Below are positions 47,228 through 57,398 of a stretch of 64,000 nucleotides of DNA, piece after piece. The stretch's first letter is position 1. Every line of letters starts with the position of its first letter. Location: IMG/VR virus record IMGVR_UViG_3300028654_000001, positions 434,001 to 498,000 of that record; one strand, 5' to 3'. Both the position numbers and the translations under genes were made by a program. The notes under the pieces are model-generated. The model ran no database searches. It was not told where the DNA came from and saw only the letters and a program-made list of their open reading frames with translations.

Positions 47228-47806
47228 TCACATCTCGAGCATCATTCTAAATGCATCCGTGTACTCAGGTCTAGACCCCAAGAATATCTTCTTCTGATCC
47301 GGATTCCCATCGAGTCCAGCGAGTACCCCTCTCCACAGACCGTCTTCGGAATCGAAGGCTAGTGATTTGATCCCATGCATCACACTAGTTGACTCCCAAA
47401 TGGATAACTTCTCAGATGGGTAGTTGTCCATTAAGTAAGCTAGTTTTCTCAGGTCAAAACCAACCTTGAACATCTTACCCTGCAGCTTACTAACAGGGTC
47501 ATCATCAAACCCAATCAATCCAGGGTTAGATACTCCAGCCCACTCAAGAAGCTCTTTTCGAGAAGCTTGAATGCCGTTAGAGTCTCTAGTAACCCATAAG
47601 AATGGGAGTTTTGGGGAGCCTAACATTGGCTCAGCCACTCTCCCCTTATAGGCCATCAGTGTATGACCACAGGTGCCAACTGACCAAAAGACATCAGCAT
47701 CTTGTAATGGAAACTCAGGTTCGGCCAAGAAAGGTCTGTCCCTCCAAGGATCTGAGAATCCCTTGAAGATTCCAACAAACTTGCTGAGTACTTCAATTGG
47801 TTCCAT
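47228..47806 (-). CDS. Hypothetical protein
   Basis: 192-aa ORF. Confidence 0.6.
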   Translation of the reverse strand: MEPIEVLSKFVGIFKGFSDPWRDRPFLAEPEFPLQDADVFWSVGTCGHTLMAYKGRVAEPMLGSPKLPFLWVTRDSNGIQASRKELLEWAGVSNPGLIGFDDDPVSKLQGKMFKVGFDLRKLAYLMDNYPSEKLSIWESTSVMHGIKSLAFDSEDGLWRGVLAGLDGNPDQKKIFLGSRPEYTDAFRMMLEM

Positions 47807-48098
47807 ATGGAATGTCTACATTATTCAGAGCGAGATCTCTGGTAAGCTTTACACCGGAATCACCAACAACCCACAAAAAAGGCTTAAAGCCCATAACCAA
47901 GGGACTGGAGCCAAGGCTACCCGATCTGGAAGGCCCTGGCACTTCGTTTACCTCGAGGTTGTTCCAGATAAGGGGTCTGCCCTTCGAAGGGAACTAGCAA
48001 TCAAGAAGCTTACTCGTCTGAAGAAGCTTACTCTGATTCAAGCTCAAGCATCAAGTCAAAAGCTTCCCGTTGAAGCTCTTCTTCGTTGCGTTCCTTAA
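47781..48098 (+). CDS. GIY-YIG nuclease (YhbQ-like); start uncertain
   Basis: VYII, LYTGIT, RLKAHN, GAKATR, ALRRE..IKKL. Confidence 0.8.
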   Translation: MLSTSIGSIWNVYIIQSEISGKLYTGITNNPQKRLKAHNQGTGAKATRSGRPWHFVYLEVVPDKGSALRRELAIKKLTRLKKLTLIQAQASSQKLPVEALLRCVP

Positions 48099-49419
48099 GG
48101 GCATGATCAACCCTCACTTGGGCGGTATAAGCTGAAGCAGATTCCTTTTCGATCCCAATGAAGTCGAAGCCCTTATGGACAGCAGCCACGCACGTAGTAC
48201 CTGATCCACAATAAGGGTCGAGTATCAAACCCTTCACAGGAGTAGCCATGGTGACCAAGTACTCCATTAACCTAACGGGCTTTACCGTCGCATGCTCGTT
48301 CTCATCATCCTGTTCAAGACCCTCATTCTTTTCAGCCTGACTCGGCTTTGGAACATAGAAGAAAGTTGACTCAGGGTCGATGTTGACGAAGTACTTTGAG
48401 GCACCATTAGGAGACTTAGTAGGAGCTATAGATTTGGACCCCTTCCTAGCTCTAGTAGGCTTCCCAATAGCTCCACTATGAAAGTGAAGCCAACGGATCG
48501 GACAGGAGTGGTGACAATCCCAGATCTCTATCTCTTCATCGTCTCTCGTAATGGTCGTATACTTGTGTCCAGCTCCACCACCAAATGGTTTAGCACCATC
48601 ATCAAATCGATTGATGGGTGGCATAGCAACCATCTCGGACCCGACTTTACGACACAAATCGGAGTGAACCATGATGAGGTTTGGGGGAAACCTACCAGAC
48701 GTCTTTACGTCATTGGCTCCAGAGAGATCTGAACTATTCTTCCAACTATTGCCCATCTTCCCCCCGCGGGCCTTGATAGCATCTACGCCTGCTTTATGCT
48801 TCTCAAAGTCCTCTGGGGATGAGTGCTTAACTCGAGAAGACTCGATGTTGATCCCGCCGGTACCCGTCTTCTTGATCTGCTCAATCACTGAGCTCTCTTT
48901 GACTGGCTTGCGGAACATCAAGATGGGTTCCCAGTAAGGCTTCAAAGCTGTACCAAAACCATCCCATTGCTCAAGAAGATCATCGAGATTGAGTTCTCGC
49001 ATCTTCTTTCCAATGTCTGAACTCTTCGGCATCCCTTGAGCTCGAATCCACCTCAAGATAGGCGGACCCATCTCAGCTGGAATCACATCCCTGTTCTCAA
49101 ACCCTGCAGCTCGAATCCCAATCGACAAGATGTCTTGGGTACGAGTACCGGCGAAGCAGAAGAGAAAAGCTCCTGGTTTGAGTACTCGGAAGCATTCCTT
49201 CCAAACCGCAACAGAAGGTAAATCCCAATCCTTGTGCATGAACTCGCCCATATCGAGTTCTGAACCCAATAGGTAAGCAACAATCTCCTCAATTGTTGGG
49301 TCTCGGTCACCTAGGCCATAAGGAGGGTCTGTGACAATAGAGTCAACCGACTCATTAGGGATCAGCTTGAGAGTGGGTAGACAAAGGCCATGGACGATGG
49401 TGTTGTTTGGTACTGTCAC
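48028..49419 (-). CDS. DNA N6-adenine/N4-cytosine methyltransferase (beta class)
   Basis: TDPPY, HATVKP, ILDPYCGSGTT. Confidence 0.92.
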   Translation of the reverse strand: MTVPNNTIVHGLCLPTLKLIPNESVDSIVTDPPYGLGDRDPTIEEIVAYLLGSELDMGEFMHKDWDLPSVAVWKECFRVLKPGAFLFCFAGTRTQDILSIGIRAAGFENRDVIPAEMGPPILRWIRAQGMPKSSDIGKKMRELNLDDLLEQWDGFGTALKPYWEPILMFRKPVKESSVIEQIKKTGTGGINIESSRVKHSSPEDFEKHKAGVDAIKARGGKMGNSWKNSSDLSGANDVKTSGRFPPNLIMVHSDLCRKVGSEMVAMPPINRFDDGAKPFGGGAGHKYTTITRDDEEIEIWDCHHSCPIRWLHFHSGAIGKPTRARKGSKSIAPTKSPNGASKYFVNIDPESTFFYVPKPSQAEKNEGLEQDDENEHATVKPVRLMEYLVTMATPVKGLILDPYCGSGTTCVAAVHKGFDFIGIEKESASAYTAQVRVDHALKERNEEELQREAFDLMLELESE

Positions 49420-49439
49420 AAGGTTGACTTACACCAGAG

Positions 49440-50243
49440 TCACAAGTCAAAGTGCTGTTCTAAGACGTTTTTGATAGTTCGCTTGTATTTGTCCAATCGG
49501 CTATCAGCCCTGTTATCAGGAAACTCTTTACCCTCTAGGTAGGGAAGCATTCTACCACGTGTAATCTCGACATCACTATACCCATCTAGAATCAACTTGA
49601 AGTAAAGGCCAATGTCTTCCGCGTAATCAGAACTAACCGAACTCTCGAGCTCAGTTATGATCTGCTGCTGTTCTGATTGAGGTATCAAATCCCCAAGGTT
49701 ATCCCAAGCTGACGGTTGCTCAACAACGTCGTCGAGGGTGTCGTGTTCCCTAAGCTTCTCACGCCTAAGTGTGTTGATGGTCTCATTCTTTACAGCGCTC
49801 AATGTGTAGTTCTCGGCATAGCTCAAGGACTGCCCTTGAATCTTGTTCTTGAAGTTCTTGTCCGAATAGAGCTTGAGAGACACTCTCGAGAGTACATCCT
49901 CGATAGCATCGTCCCTGGTAAAGGAGTTCTGGGATCTGGTTCGGAAGTCATTCTTCAAGTACCTGAACGCGGCTCCTCTGGCTCTCTTACCAAAGTCTAG
50001 ACCGTAACCCTTTAGCCGAGTGATCTCCCTTGTATTCTTCGGCATGAATGGAGCCGGTGGCATATCCGTCACGCCATACAACAAGAAAAGTCCATACATG
50101 AGCTGACCGAACTCAGCTGGCTCAGTAGCAAACTTGACTCGATGAAGTAGTCTGGCTACTCGCAGCCCCCAAGGTAGAGAGGCAGCAACCTTTGCCCGAA
50201 GATCTCTGGTAGCTCGCACTAAACGAGGAAGGGTGTCCATCAC
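49440..50243 (-). CDS. Putative ECF-like sigma factor
   Basis: Region 2-like AIEDVLS...YTLSAVKNETINTLRR; region 4-like LILDGYSDVEI. Confidence 0.6.
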   Translation of the reverse strand: MMDTLPRLVRATRDLRAKVAASLPWGLRVARLLHRVKFATEPAEFGQLMYGLFLLYGVTDMPPAPFMPKNTREITRLKGYGLDFGKRARGAAFRYLKNDFRTRSQNSFTRDDAIEDVLSRVSLKLYSDKNFKNKIQGQSLSYAENYTLSAVKNETINTLRREKLREHDTLDDVVEQPSAWDNLGDLIPQSEQQQIITELESSVSSDYAEDIGLYFKLILDGYSDVEITRGRMLPYLEGKEFPDNRADSRLDKYKRTIKNVLEQHFDL

Positions 50244-50267
50244 ACCAGATTTCGAATAAAGAGATCC

Positions 50268-51422
50268 TCAATTCAAGTGAGCGAGTACTTTGAGTACTCG
50301 CTTCGGAAGCCTCATCCTGCTAACAATCTCTTCTGCAGTAAGCCCTCGAGCGACAAGTGACAGGATCTCCTCATGCTTTGCAGCAATTAGGTCTTCTTTC
50401 CCGTTGAAAAAGAACCCTAGTGCTTCATGTAGGGCATACATATTCTCTTGGCGAGGCCCATAGTTGTCAACCAGAGTGTCTTCCCAGGACTTGCCAGTAT
50501 CCAAGTCCATACCTGGGAAGTGCTCCTTGTACTTCCGATCTCTAGTGCGGCACCAATTAGCGTAAATGTTGTGAACTGACCTAGCTAAGTACAACTTGAA
50601 GTAAGGTTTTGGTTGAAGCTTGAGAGGTTGGACACTTGGATTACTCTTGCAACGAGGGTTGGTGTCCCGCTCACTCTTGAGCCGTTCAACGTCAGCCGTG
50701 TGGTAAGTGGCCACTCTGGAGCCATAAGTACCGCTAGCTGGAGTCAAGCACGGGCGCTCAGGAGGGCTATTTACAATTAGCAGTTCCTCTGGAACACCTC
50801 CGAACACCTTCACCACACAAGATGGGCAGAACACCTTGTATCTGACCTTGAAGGTATCGCCTTTCTTAAAGGAGATGGTCTCATCTAGGCCGACGTAACA
50901 GAATACTCGGTGGTTGCTTGGAACCCACATCCTGGCCATGACCTTTGCGTACTTGGCTCTATCGGAATACAACCAATGGTCATCGAGGACGTGTTGAAGT
51001 TTCTTAGTGCTGTTCCCGCAGCAGTGACAATCAGGACCATCTCTCAGGAGTACTTCGTCTTTTAGGGTAGGGGAGGCTTGTCTAAAATACCCATTACTCT
51101 TACTTCGCGGATCGCCGTTCATACCTCTAATCTGCATGTACTTGAAACCCTCCCAGGTCATACCCAGAAAGGAGCAAGTTTGATCCGTGGTCAGAACTTT
51201 AGGGATTGAACCTGTAGACGAATTATACTTTGTTATTAAATCTACCCTGAGTATCTCGAGCCAGACATGTTGGAGTAGGTCATCGAAGTTGGCCGACACA
51301 CGATTGTAACGAGTTACCAAACGAGTCACAAACGGTGCATATGACTTGTAAAGATCATCCCCGTTCTTAGGCACATAGTCGTCAGGTAAGCCAAAAGTAG
51401 CCTGATTAGCAGAATTAACCAC
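50268..51422 (-). CDS. Putative sigma-like factor with inserted HTH and HNH/Zn-like segment
   Basis: FDDLLQHVWL; FKLYLARSVHN; LVARGLTAEEI; insert VLLRDGPDCHCCG...CPSC. Confidence 0.55.
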   Translation of the reverse strand: MVNSANQATFGLPDDYVPKNGDDLYKSYAPFVTRLVTRYNRVSANFDDLLQHVWLEILRVDLITKYNSSTGSIPKVLTTDQTCSFLGMTWEGFKYMQIRGMNGDPRSKSNGYFRQASPTLKDEVLLRDGPDCHCCGNSTKKLQHVLDDHWLYSDRAKYAKVMARMWVPSNHRVFCYVGLDETISFKKGDTFKVRYKVFCPSCVVKVFGGVPEELLIVNSPPERPCLTPASGTYGSRVATYHTADVERLKSERDTNPRCKSNPSVQPLKLQPKPYFKLYLARSVHNIYANWCRTRDRKYKEHFPGMDLDTGKSWEDTLVDNYGPRQENMYALHEALGFFFNGKEDLIAAKHEEILSLVARGLTAEEIVSRMRLPKRVLKVLAHLN

Positions 51423-51553
51423 AAGACCTCTGTTGGTTTCTACACTAGAAGTTGTTTCTTGAATTAGGTACCAAGCCTAACCCCACATTGGTACACATAG
51501 GTGGTGAGGGGCTTAGTGTAATAACCCACTGGGTCGACCGGTGTCAATACTAA

Positions 51554-52246
51554 ATGAGAGAGCCAATGCACGAAAATATTCTCCCTGGAGGTAGGAGGAA
51601 AACCCCTACCAAAATATTTGGATCTCACTCAAAGAGTAGTAGCTCTAACCCGATTAGTTCTACATATAAAATCACTGAGAGCGGAGAGTATGACCTTGAT
51701 TTACCGGATGATTCTGAAAATGTAGAGTCAATTCTTGCTGAAATGGAGGCTCAAAGATCTTTGTTCGATGTTGCCTTCCAAAGAGGATCACTTGAAAGAG
51801 CCATCTCTCTAGTGAGGGATGCTTTGAACCTTCAATCAGAGAACCCAGAGAAGTTCGAAACCAAACTTCTGGTTTTCTGTTTGAATCATTGCCTAGGTAA
51901 CATCAGAAGTGAGTTAATCCCACATTCCCCAAGAGGAGCCAGTTGGTCCCAACTGGCTTTTGAGTCTTTAGCAATTGGTTGGATGCGCTGGATGTCTAAT
52001 GGAGACAAAGGGGTCCTTAACTACATCAACCACATGAGCGAAGATGAACCCGAAGAGGGTGACAAGGCTGTCGAGACCCTCAGCTTGAACTTCTGGGCTA
52101 AAGCGATCGAGATGCTTGTGATTGGACGATCTGAAGATTCTCGAAGATTCTTCGAACGAGCTAATGAAGTTGGAGCCAACTACGGTACTCGAACCAATCC
52201 TTCTATCTGTTGGACTTATGCTACAAGCTTCTTTATGACTATCTGA
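51554..52246 (+). CDS. Hypothetical protein
   Basis: 230-aa ORF. Confidence 0.65.
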   Translation: MREPMHENILPGGRRKTPTKIFGSHSKSSSSNPISSTYKITESGEYDLDLPDDSENVESILAEMEAQRSLFDVAFQRGSLERAISLVRDALNLQSENPEKFETKLLVFCLNHCLGNIRSELIPHSPRGASWSQLAFESLAIGWMRWMSNGDKGVLNYINHMSEDEPEEGDKAVETLSLNFWAKAIEMLVIGRSEDSRRFFERANEVGANYGTRTNPSICWTYATSFFMTI

Positions 52247-52380
52247 CTCGGGATTACTGATACTACTAAGAGGGGTGATTACTACTGATACAGTTGCGAC
52301 TGGGGTTGCGATTAGGATTGTGATTGAGATTAGGATTCAGATATTAGTGATTGTTTGAGTTCTCAACTTCACTACTACAT

Positions 52381-52465
52381 ACATACTCTATATAGAGTAT
52401 GTTAAGAAGGATCTTAATCGATCGATCAATAATTCTGATCGATCGATCAATAGTTCTGATCGATC
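52381..52465. repeat. 22-bp palindrome plus 21-bp tandem repeat with 8 GATC sites
   Basis: acatactctatatagagtatgt; (gatcgatcaataRttctgatc)x2. Confidence 0.75.
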
Positions 52466-52871
52466 TTGAGCTACTTGGGTCATAGGATTGGACAAGGTAG
52501 AACGAATACCAAACCAATCTTCCCTAGGGATACCATTCGAGGTCACTAACTCCCTCTCAAATGGAAGAGCAACTTCTGAAGCCAACAAACTTCTGAAGCC
52601 TAGGGTACAATCCCGAGAGACCATTCTTGAGGAATGGGTGTCCAGTTCTCGAGTTGAGACACGGAAGTTTTTCAAGAGCTGGCCTGAGGAGTAATTCAGG
52701 GTCTCTTGTACCTTCTTCAGCTCAATGTTATGTGCGCTGATTACGGTCATGGAGCAGGGAACCAACCTCAACGGACACGTGAGGGTCTGTTGATATACAC
52801 CGCTCAGATCACTCTGTCCAGTGTATTGTGAATGAAGTAATTTGACCAGCCACCTCGTAGGTAACTGTTAC

Positions 52872-53198
52872 ATGAACCACCCCACACTTCTCAAATTAGA
52901 AGACTTCGATGACCTAGCACCAATTAGAATTAGTCTTCCAGCGCCTCTTCACATCGGAACCAAATTGAAACTTAGATTTCCAGTTCAACGAAAGAATGGA
53001 GGCAGAACAGAAGTGTTGAATGTCGACGGTGAGTTCAAGGTGACCGCGGTTGTAATCGATGCTCGTGGGAATGCAAAGCAATTGATCTCGGTTGCTGCTG
53101 TCGGAGCTGCACCCACCTGGAAGTCGATCAAGAATCCTGCTACACGGAAGTTGAATCCAACTTCCCGAGCTAAGATCAAAAAGACAGAAGTCACATGA
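52872..53198 (+). CDS. Hypothetical protein
   Basis: Coupled to next gene by ATGA overlap. Confidence 0.6.
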   Translation: MNHPTLLKLEDFDDLAPIRISLPAPLHIGTKLKLRFPVQRKNGGRTEVLNVDGEFKVTAVVIDARGNAKQLISVAAVGAAPTWKSIKNPATRKLNPTSRAKIKKTEVT

Positions 53199-53494
53199 AC
53201 GACGTCAACCACTTCATTGATGGGAAGCAAGTGCTACCGATATCTGTCTGGTCACAATTTAGTGACTTCAACATCTATCGGGGCACCCCTTCCGAGATGG
53301 TTCTGGAGATGATTGGCAGGGGACACCAGGGATCTGTGCGGGAAGCTCTTGAGCAGCTGGTGAATCATGTCTCTCAAACACGGAACATTCAGATTCAACT
53401 TCCTTGGCAGGTCCCCGATGACGAGATCTTAGCCAACTTGTTCATCTACACACTTCTGCAGGCCGGAATAGTTCACCCGACCCCACTCGCCTAG
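53195..53494 (+). CDS. Hypothetical protein
   Basis: 99-aa ORF. Confidence 0.6.
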   Translation: MNDVNHFIDGKQVLPISVWSQFSDFNIYRGTPSEMVLEMIGRGHQGSVREALEQLVNHVSQTRNIQIQLPWQVPDDEILANLFIYTLLQAGIVHPTPLA

Positions 53495-54075
53495 GACCAT
53501 CGCCGGCACAATTCTTTGGCCCAGGAATTCATCCAACCGCCCTTATCCAGATAGGTTCGGAATCGGCGCTCGAGTTTTGTCATCTGGTTCCGGTTGCTTA
53601 GACAGATGTTCGGCCAAATGTCGAAGTATATGGTCTGAAACTTAGCACCCTTGGCAGGCTTCCAAGAGTAGATGTCTCCGCAGATGATCTGAAGACGGTC
53701 GTCTTTGAAGTTGGGTGCAATTAGGTCGACCACATCTTGATGAAGCTCAACCACGGTGACGCTTCTCACATTGGTTTTGGCCAAGATAGGCACAAGGATG
53801 AGTCCGATGCCGAGCCCAGCTATCAGAATGTCACCAGAGGCCTTCCAAACCACCGTCTGATTGGTGTCATGCTCGAGCCTGGTGTCACTCATCATTAGTT
53901 CTCCGGCAACAATGAGCTGGCAGTAATCCCCAGGTGAGGTTGCTTTCTCACGTCCGTGGGTAATCAGCTCTCGGAGAAGCATACTCTTGGCTGCCTGTTC
54001 GGTGATGGTAATGTGCCTGACTTTGGCAACACCTTTGACGCCAGGGGAAACTAGCTTGACCATTGGTTCGAACAT
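53491..54075 (-). CDS. Class I SAM-dependent methyltransferase (spermidine synthase-like fold)
   Basis: MMSDT, ILIAGLGIG, VTVVE, GD, YFDIW. Confidence 0.8.
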   Translation of the reverse strand: MFEPMVKLVSPGVKGVAKVRHITITEQAAKSMLLRELITHGREKATSPGDYCQLIVAGELMMSDTRLEHDTNQTVVWKASGDILIAGLGIGLILVPILAKTNVRSVTVVELHQDVVDLIAPNFKDDRLQIICGDIYSWKPAKGAKFQTIYFDIWPNICLSNRNQMTKLERRFRTYLDKGGWMNSWAKELCRRWS

Positions 54076-54356
54076 ATTTGGCTCCAAGTTACTGGTTTGT
54101 GGTTGACAGATACTACACTTGGCGAGGCTGGATCTCCCCAAAACCTACAAGTTATCTGAGCAGTCTCCTACACGTAAGTGTTCATGAGAGGATCTGAATC
54201 TCAGATCTATTTTCGAACTGGCTTAAAATAAGCACCGGCCTTCTACTACTGAACATGGGAATTACGTCTTAAATTCAATTATTTTCTGGTATAGTTGTAG
54301 TAATCAACCTTGTCAGTAAAACCAACTCATAAGTCAGGGCGGTGTACTAATGCCTC

Positions 54357-54971
54357 ATGTCGATTGGTCTGCTCTCAAAAAGCGTCACAAATTTGATCAG
54401 GTCAGCCAAGGCTGCCTGGGGTCAGAGGTCAACCGGGATACTCTCCGGTAGGGCGATAGCCGCGGCCATCGACGATGGGTCGATCATCATCGACCCATAC
54501 GACCGGAAGCATTTGAACCCAGCCTCCTACGACTTGACTTTAGGTGATGAGGTTAAGATTTACGACATAAACTCCATAGGAAACTGCACATTGGATTCGA
54601 AGAAGGCCAATCCGACCAGAGAGCTGAAGATCCCTCCAGAGGGGATTCGTCTCCTACCCGGTACTGGCTACTTGATGCACACGCGCGAGAGGGTAGGGAC
54701 CAAGAAGTTTGTCCCAATCATCGACGGAAAGTCAAGTATCGGTAGGCTTTTTGCTCTAATCCACTATACGGCCGGGTACGGTGACCCTGGGTTCTTCGGC
54801 CAATACACACTAGAGGTTTCGGTAGTACACTCTATCATCCTCTATGCGGGTATGCAGATTTGTCAGATTAGATTCCAAACTATTAGTGGTGAAGTTGATC
54901 TTTACAACGGGCACTACAAGGGTGAAACAGCACAAGGAGCTGTAGCCTCTCACGCATATGAGCAGTTTTAG
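54357..54971 (+). CDS. dcd: dCTP deaminase
   Basis: NPASYDLTLG, DGKSSIGRL, AGYGDPGF.GQYTLE, ICQI. Confidence 0.9.
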   Translation: MSIGLLSKSVTNLIRSAKAAWGQRSTGILSGRAIAAAIDDGSIIIDPYDRKHLNPASYDLTLGDEVKIYDINSIGNCTLDSKKANPTRELKIPPEGIRLLPGTGYLMHTRERVGTKKFVPIIDGKSSIGRLFALIHYTAGYGDPGFFGQYTLEVSVVHSIILYAGMQICQIRFQTISGEVDLYNGHYKGETAQGAVASHAYEQF

Positions 54972-55011
54972 TACTCGTTGAAACAACATGGTACATGAAA
55001 GGCACAAATAA

Positions 55012-55740
55012 ATGAACTTTCGTAACCCTATCGTCGCTGACTACATGTTCCACCAACCCAAAGACCACGCTACAGAAGCGGGACCCGACGAACACACCCA
55101 CGATGTCGACTGCGCTTGTGAAGAGAAGCTCAAGATCCTAACCCTCCGATACTTTCCAGACGAGATCCTGAAGAAGAAGTGCAACCCCATCCCCGAGGTT
55201 ACTGAGGACATCGTAAGGTTGGCCAAGAACATGGTCTACACGATGATGATCGAAGGTGGTGTGGGTTTGTCTGGTCCCCAGGTGGGCAAGCTGCTCAAGA
55301 TCTTCGTAGTTGACGTCTCGTGGCACGGGAAGGCCGAGGATGCTGACCCTCAAATCTTCATCAACCCCGAGGTTGAACCCTTTACGGAAGAAGCTGACGC
55401 TCTTGGGACCGACGTGGATTACTCCAAGGCAACCCCACGGATCACTTCTACCGAAGGATGCCTATCCTTCCCCGGCGGGCGCGGGAAGGTCGAACGGTAT
55501 GAATCCATTCGGGTGAAGTACCTCGATATTGATGGGAAGCCCTGTACCATGAATGCCCAAGGGTATCTTGCCAGAGCTATCCAACACGAGAATGATCACC
55601 TAGATGGGATCACTATTCAGTCGAGTATCCCCGCTTTCGATATGCGGAATGTCCATGAGAACGTCAAGATACTCCTCCGCAAGCGGGTCCGCGATCTGAA
55701 GCCGGCACCCAAGAAAACGAAGGCTAAGACCCACCGTTAG
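55012..55740 (+). CDS. def: Peptide deformylase
   Basis: GVGLSGPQVG, EGCLS, QHENDHLDG. Confidence 0.95.
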   Translation: MNFRNPIVADYMFHQPKDHATEAGPDEHTHDVDCACEEKLKILTLRYFPDEILKKKCNPIPEVTEDIVRLAKNMVYTMMIEGGVGLSGPQVGKLLKIFVVDVSWHGKAEDADPQIFINPEVEPFTEEADALGTDVDYSKATPRITSTEGCLSFPGGRGKVERYESIRVKYLDIDGKPCTMNAQGYLARAIQHENDHLDGITIQSSIPAFDMRNVHENVKILLRKRVRDLKPAPKKTKAKTHR

Positions 55741-56954
55741 TGTTGGTGATTCTTGTACTGATCTAAAAAGTAAAAGGCCCAAGCCAACTTATCCAGTACA
55801 CGTTGACCAGTAGGTTGACTTTTTGACCATAACTCTAAGTTATCCGGATGATTATCCAACCGGTCTCCATTTTTATGGTGGACACTCTCATGTTTTAATA
55901 GGGGTCTCCCAATAATGGCTTCCATTACAACACGGTGCTCTAGTACTTGTTTACCGCCAACAGTAACGAGCCAATAACCATCCACATGTAAGGTACCAGT
56001 TCCTTTTGCACGACGATCTTGTCTGGGTTTGATCCCACCACTCCTGGATTGATTGTAGTGGTAGCAACACATACCCTTTGCTTGGTAGGTCCCATTACAA
56101 CCAGGCATCTCACAAACACGCTTAACCCTAACCGTTAGAATACCTGCTAGTACCAGCTTACTATAGTGCTTGCGGCAAAAACCTTGTGCATGAGTAGGCC
56201 GCGAGCAAATACTCATAGCACAAAATCCATCTGGGTTTACCTTGAGGGTATAGCCTGATTCGTCCTTCACTGATGTTGGTTTATACTTTGGAAGGTTAGC
56301 GAGCCCTGTTTGAGGAAGGTTACTTCCAAATAAGTGGTTGTAAGTAACCACAAGCTCCTCAGCATACCTGATCTTGTCCTGCACTCGCTGTCCGCTTGGT
56401 TGGTAATTAGACCACAACTCTAGATTCCCTGGTCGATTATCTGATCTGTCACCATTTATGTGATGTACGGACTCACCTCTGATGAGTTTCCTGTCTAAAA
56501 TAGACTCCATCACGCAACGGTGTTCACTCTTTCCGTTGATGAGTCTATACCCGCTTGGGGTGGTATAACCGGAACCTTTTCTTGCTCGAAGCCTAACTAA
56601 CGGATCTCCGTATCGCTTCCATTGGTCATAGTGTTCTAAGCAGAACCCCTTTGAGGCATAAAGGTTGGGACAGCCCTCAACACTACATTGTTTCTTTTCT
56701 TGTACTCGTATTTTACCTAATCTCCAAAGTTCTTGGTTAAAGCAACCACAACTATAGAAGGCCCCTTTCTTAAAGTGTTCCGTGGGTAGAACCCTCTCTT
56801 GCCCACAATCACATCGACAAGCCCAAGCAGTAACAACCCTACCACCATACAAGACGTTCTCCGCTGGTTTAATAGCGGTCCAATGGTGACTCCTCAAACC
56901 TGTGATATTGATGCGAGCAGGCATACCTAAAGCAAGGCATAAGTACAATACCAA
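55737..56954 (-). CDS. Homing endonuclease with two HNH domains
   Basis: EHR.VME..L.R.L...ESVHH.NGDR.DN...NLELWS occurs twice. Confidence 0.88.
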   Translation of the reverse strand: MVLYLCLALGMPARINITGLRSHHWTAIKPAENVLYGGRVVTAWACRCDCGQERVLPTEHFKKGAFYSCGCFNQELWRLGKIRVQEKKQCSVEGCPNLYASKGFCLEHYDQWKRYGDPLVRLRARKGSGYTTPSGYRLINGKSEHRCVMESILDRKLIRGESVHHINGDRSDNRPGNLELWSNYQPSGQRVQDKIRYAEELVVTYNHLFGSNLPQTGLANLPKYKPTSVKDESGYTLKVNPDGFCAMSICSRPTHAQGFCRKHYSKLVLAGILTVRVKRVCEMPGCNGTYQAKGMCCYHYNQSRSGGIKPRQDRRAKGTGTLHVDGYWLVTVGGKQVLEHRVVMEAIIGRPLLKHESVHHKNGDRLDNHPDNLELWSKSQPTGQRVLDKLAWAFYFLDQYKNHQH

Positions 56955-56966
56955 ACTTTGGTTTGT

Positions 56967-57362
56967 CTACTTAAGATCTGGAAAGATTGGTTCAACCTCT
57001 TGCATTGCTTCGTTCACTGCTCGTTCTTTCACATCCGCCCTCCACAACTTGAATAAGCCGAACGTCTTTGGTTGCTTTCTTCCTAGAGGGATTGGTTCAA
57101 CCGTTACAGTGGGGTTTCCCCACTTATCCTGTCCAAAACCAAGAATCCGACCACGGTGATTCTTATACTTCCCGTAGAGAACAATATCCCCCGGTGAAAA
57201 GTAGCTAGCCCTAATGAATCGCTCAGCAACTCTTGAGATCAGAGTGCTTGTCTTCGATTCCTCAGCAAAACTACTTGCTACTTTATGGACAAGGAGATCT
57301 TGGTCAGACACGGGGTTCCACTTCACTAGGGATTGGAATATTAGAAGCTTATTGATGCTCAC
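56967..57362 (-). CDS. SH3-like hypothetical protein with RVAERF motif
   Basis: GDIVLYGKYKN..GRI. Confidence 0.65.
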   Translation of the reverse strand: MSINKLLIFQSLVKWNPVSDQDLLVHKVASSFAEESKTSTLISRVAERFIRASYFSPGDIVLYGKYKNHRGRILGFGQDKWGNPTVTVEPIPLGRKQPKTFGLFKLWRADVKERAVNEAMQEVEPIFPDLK

Positions 57363-57398
57363 CTATCAATAAACTTTTGACGGTCACCACCTATTAGG

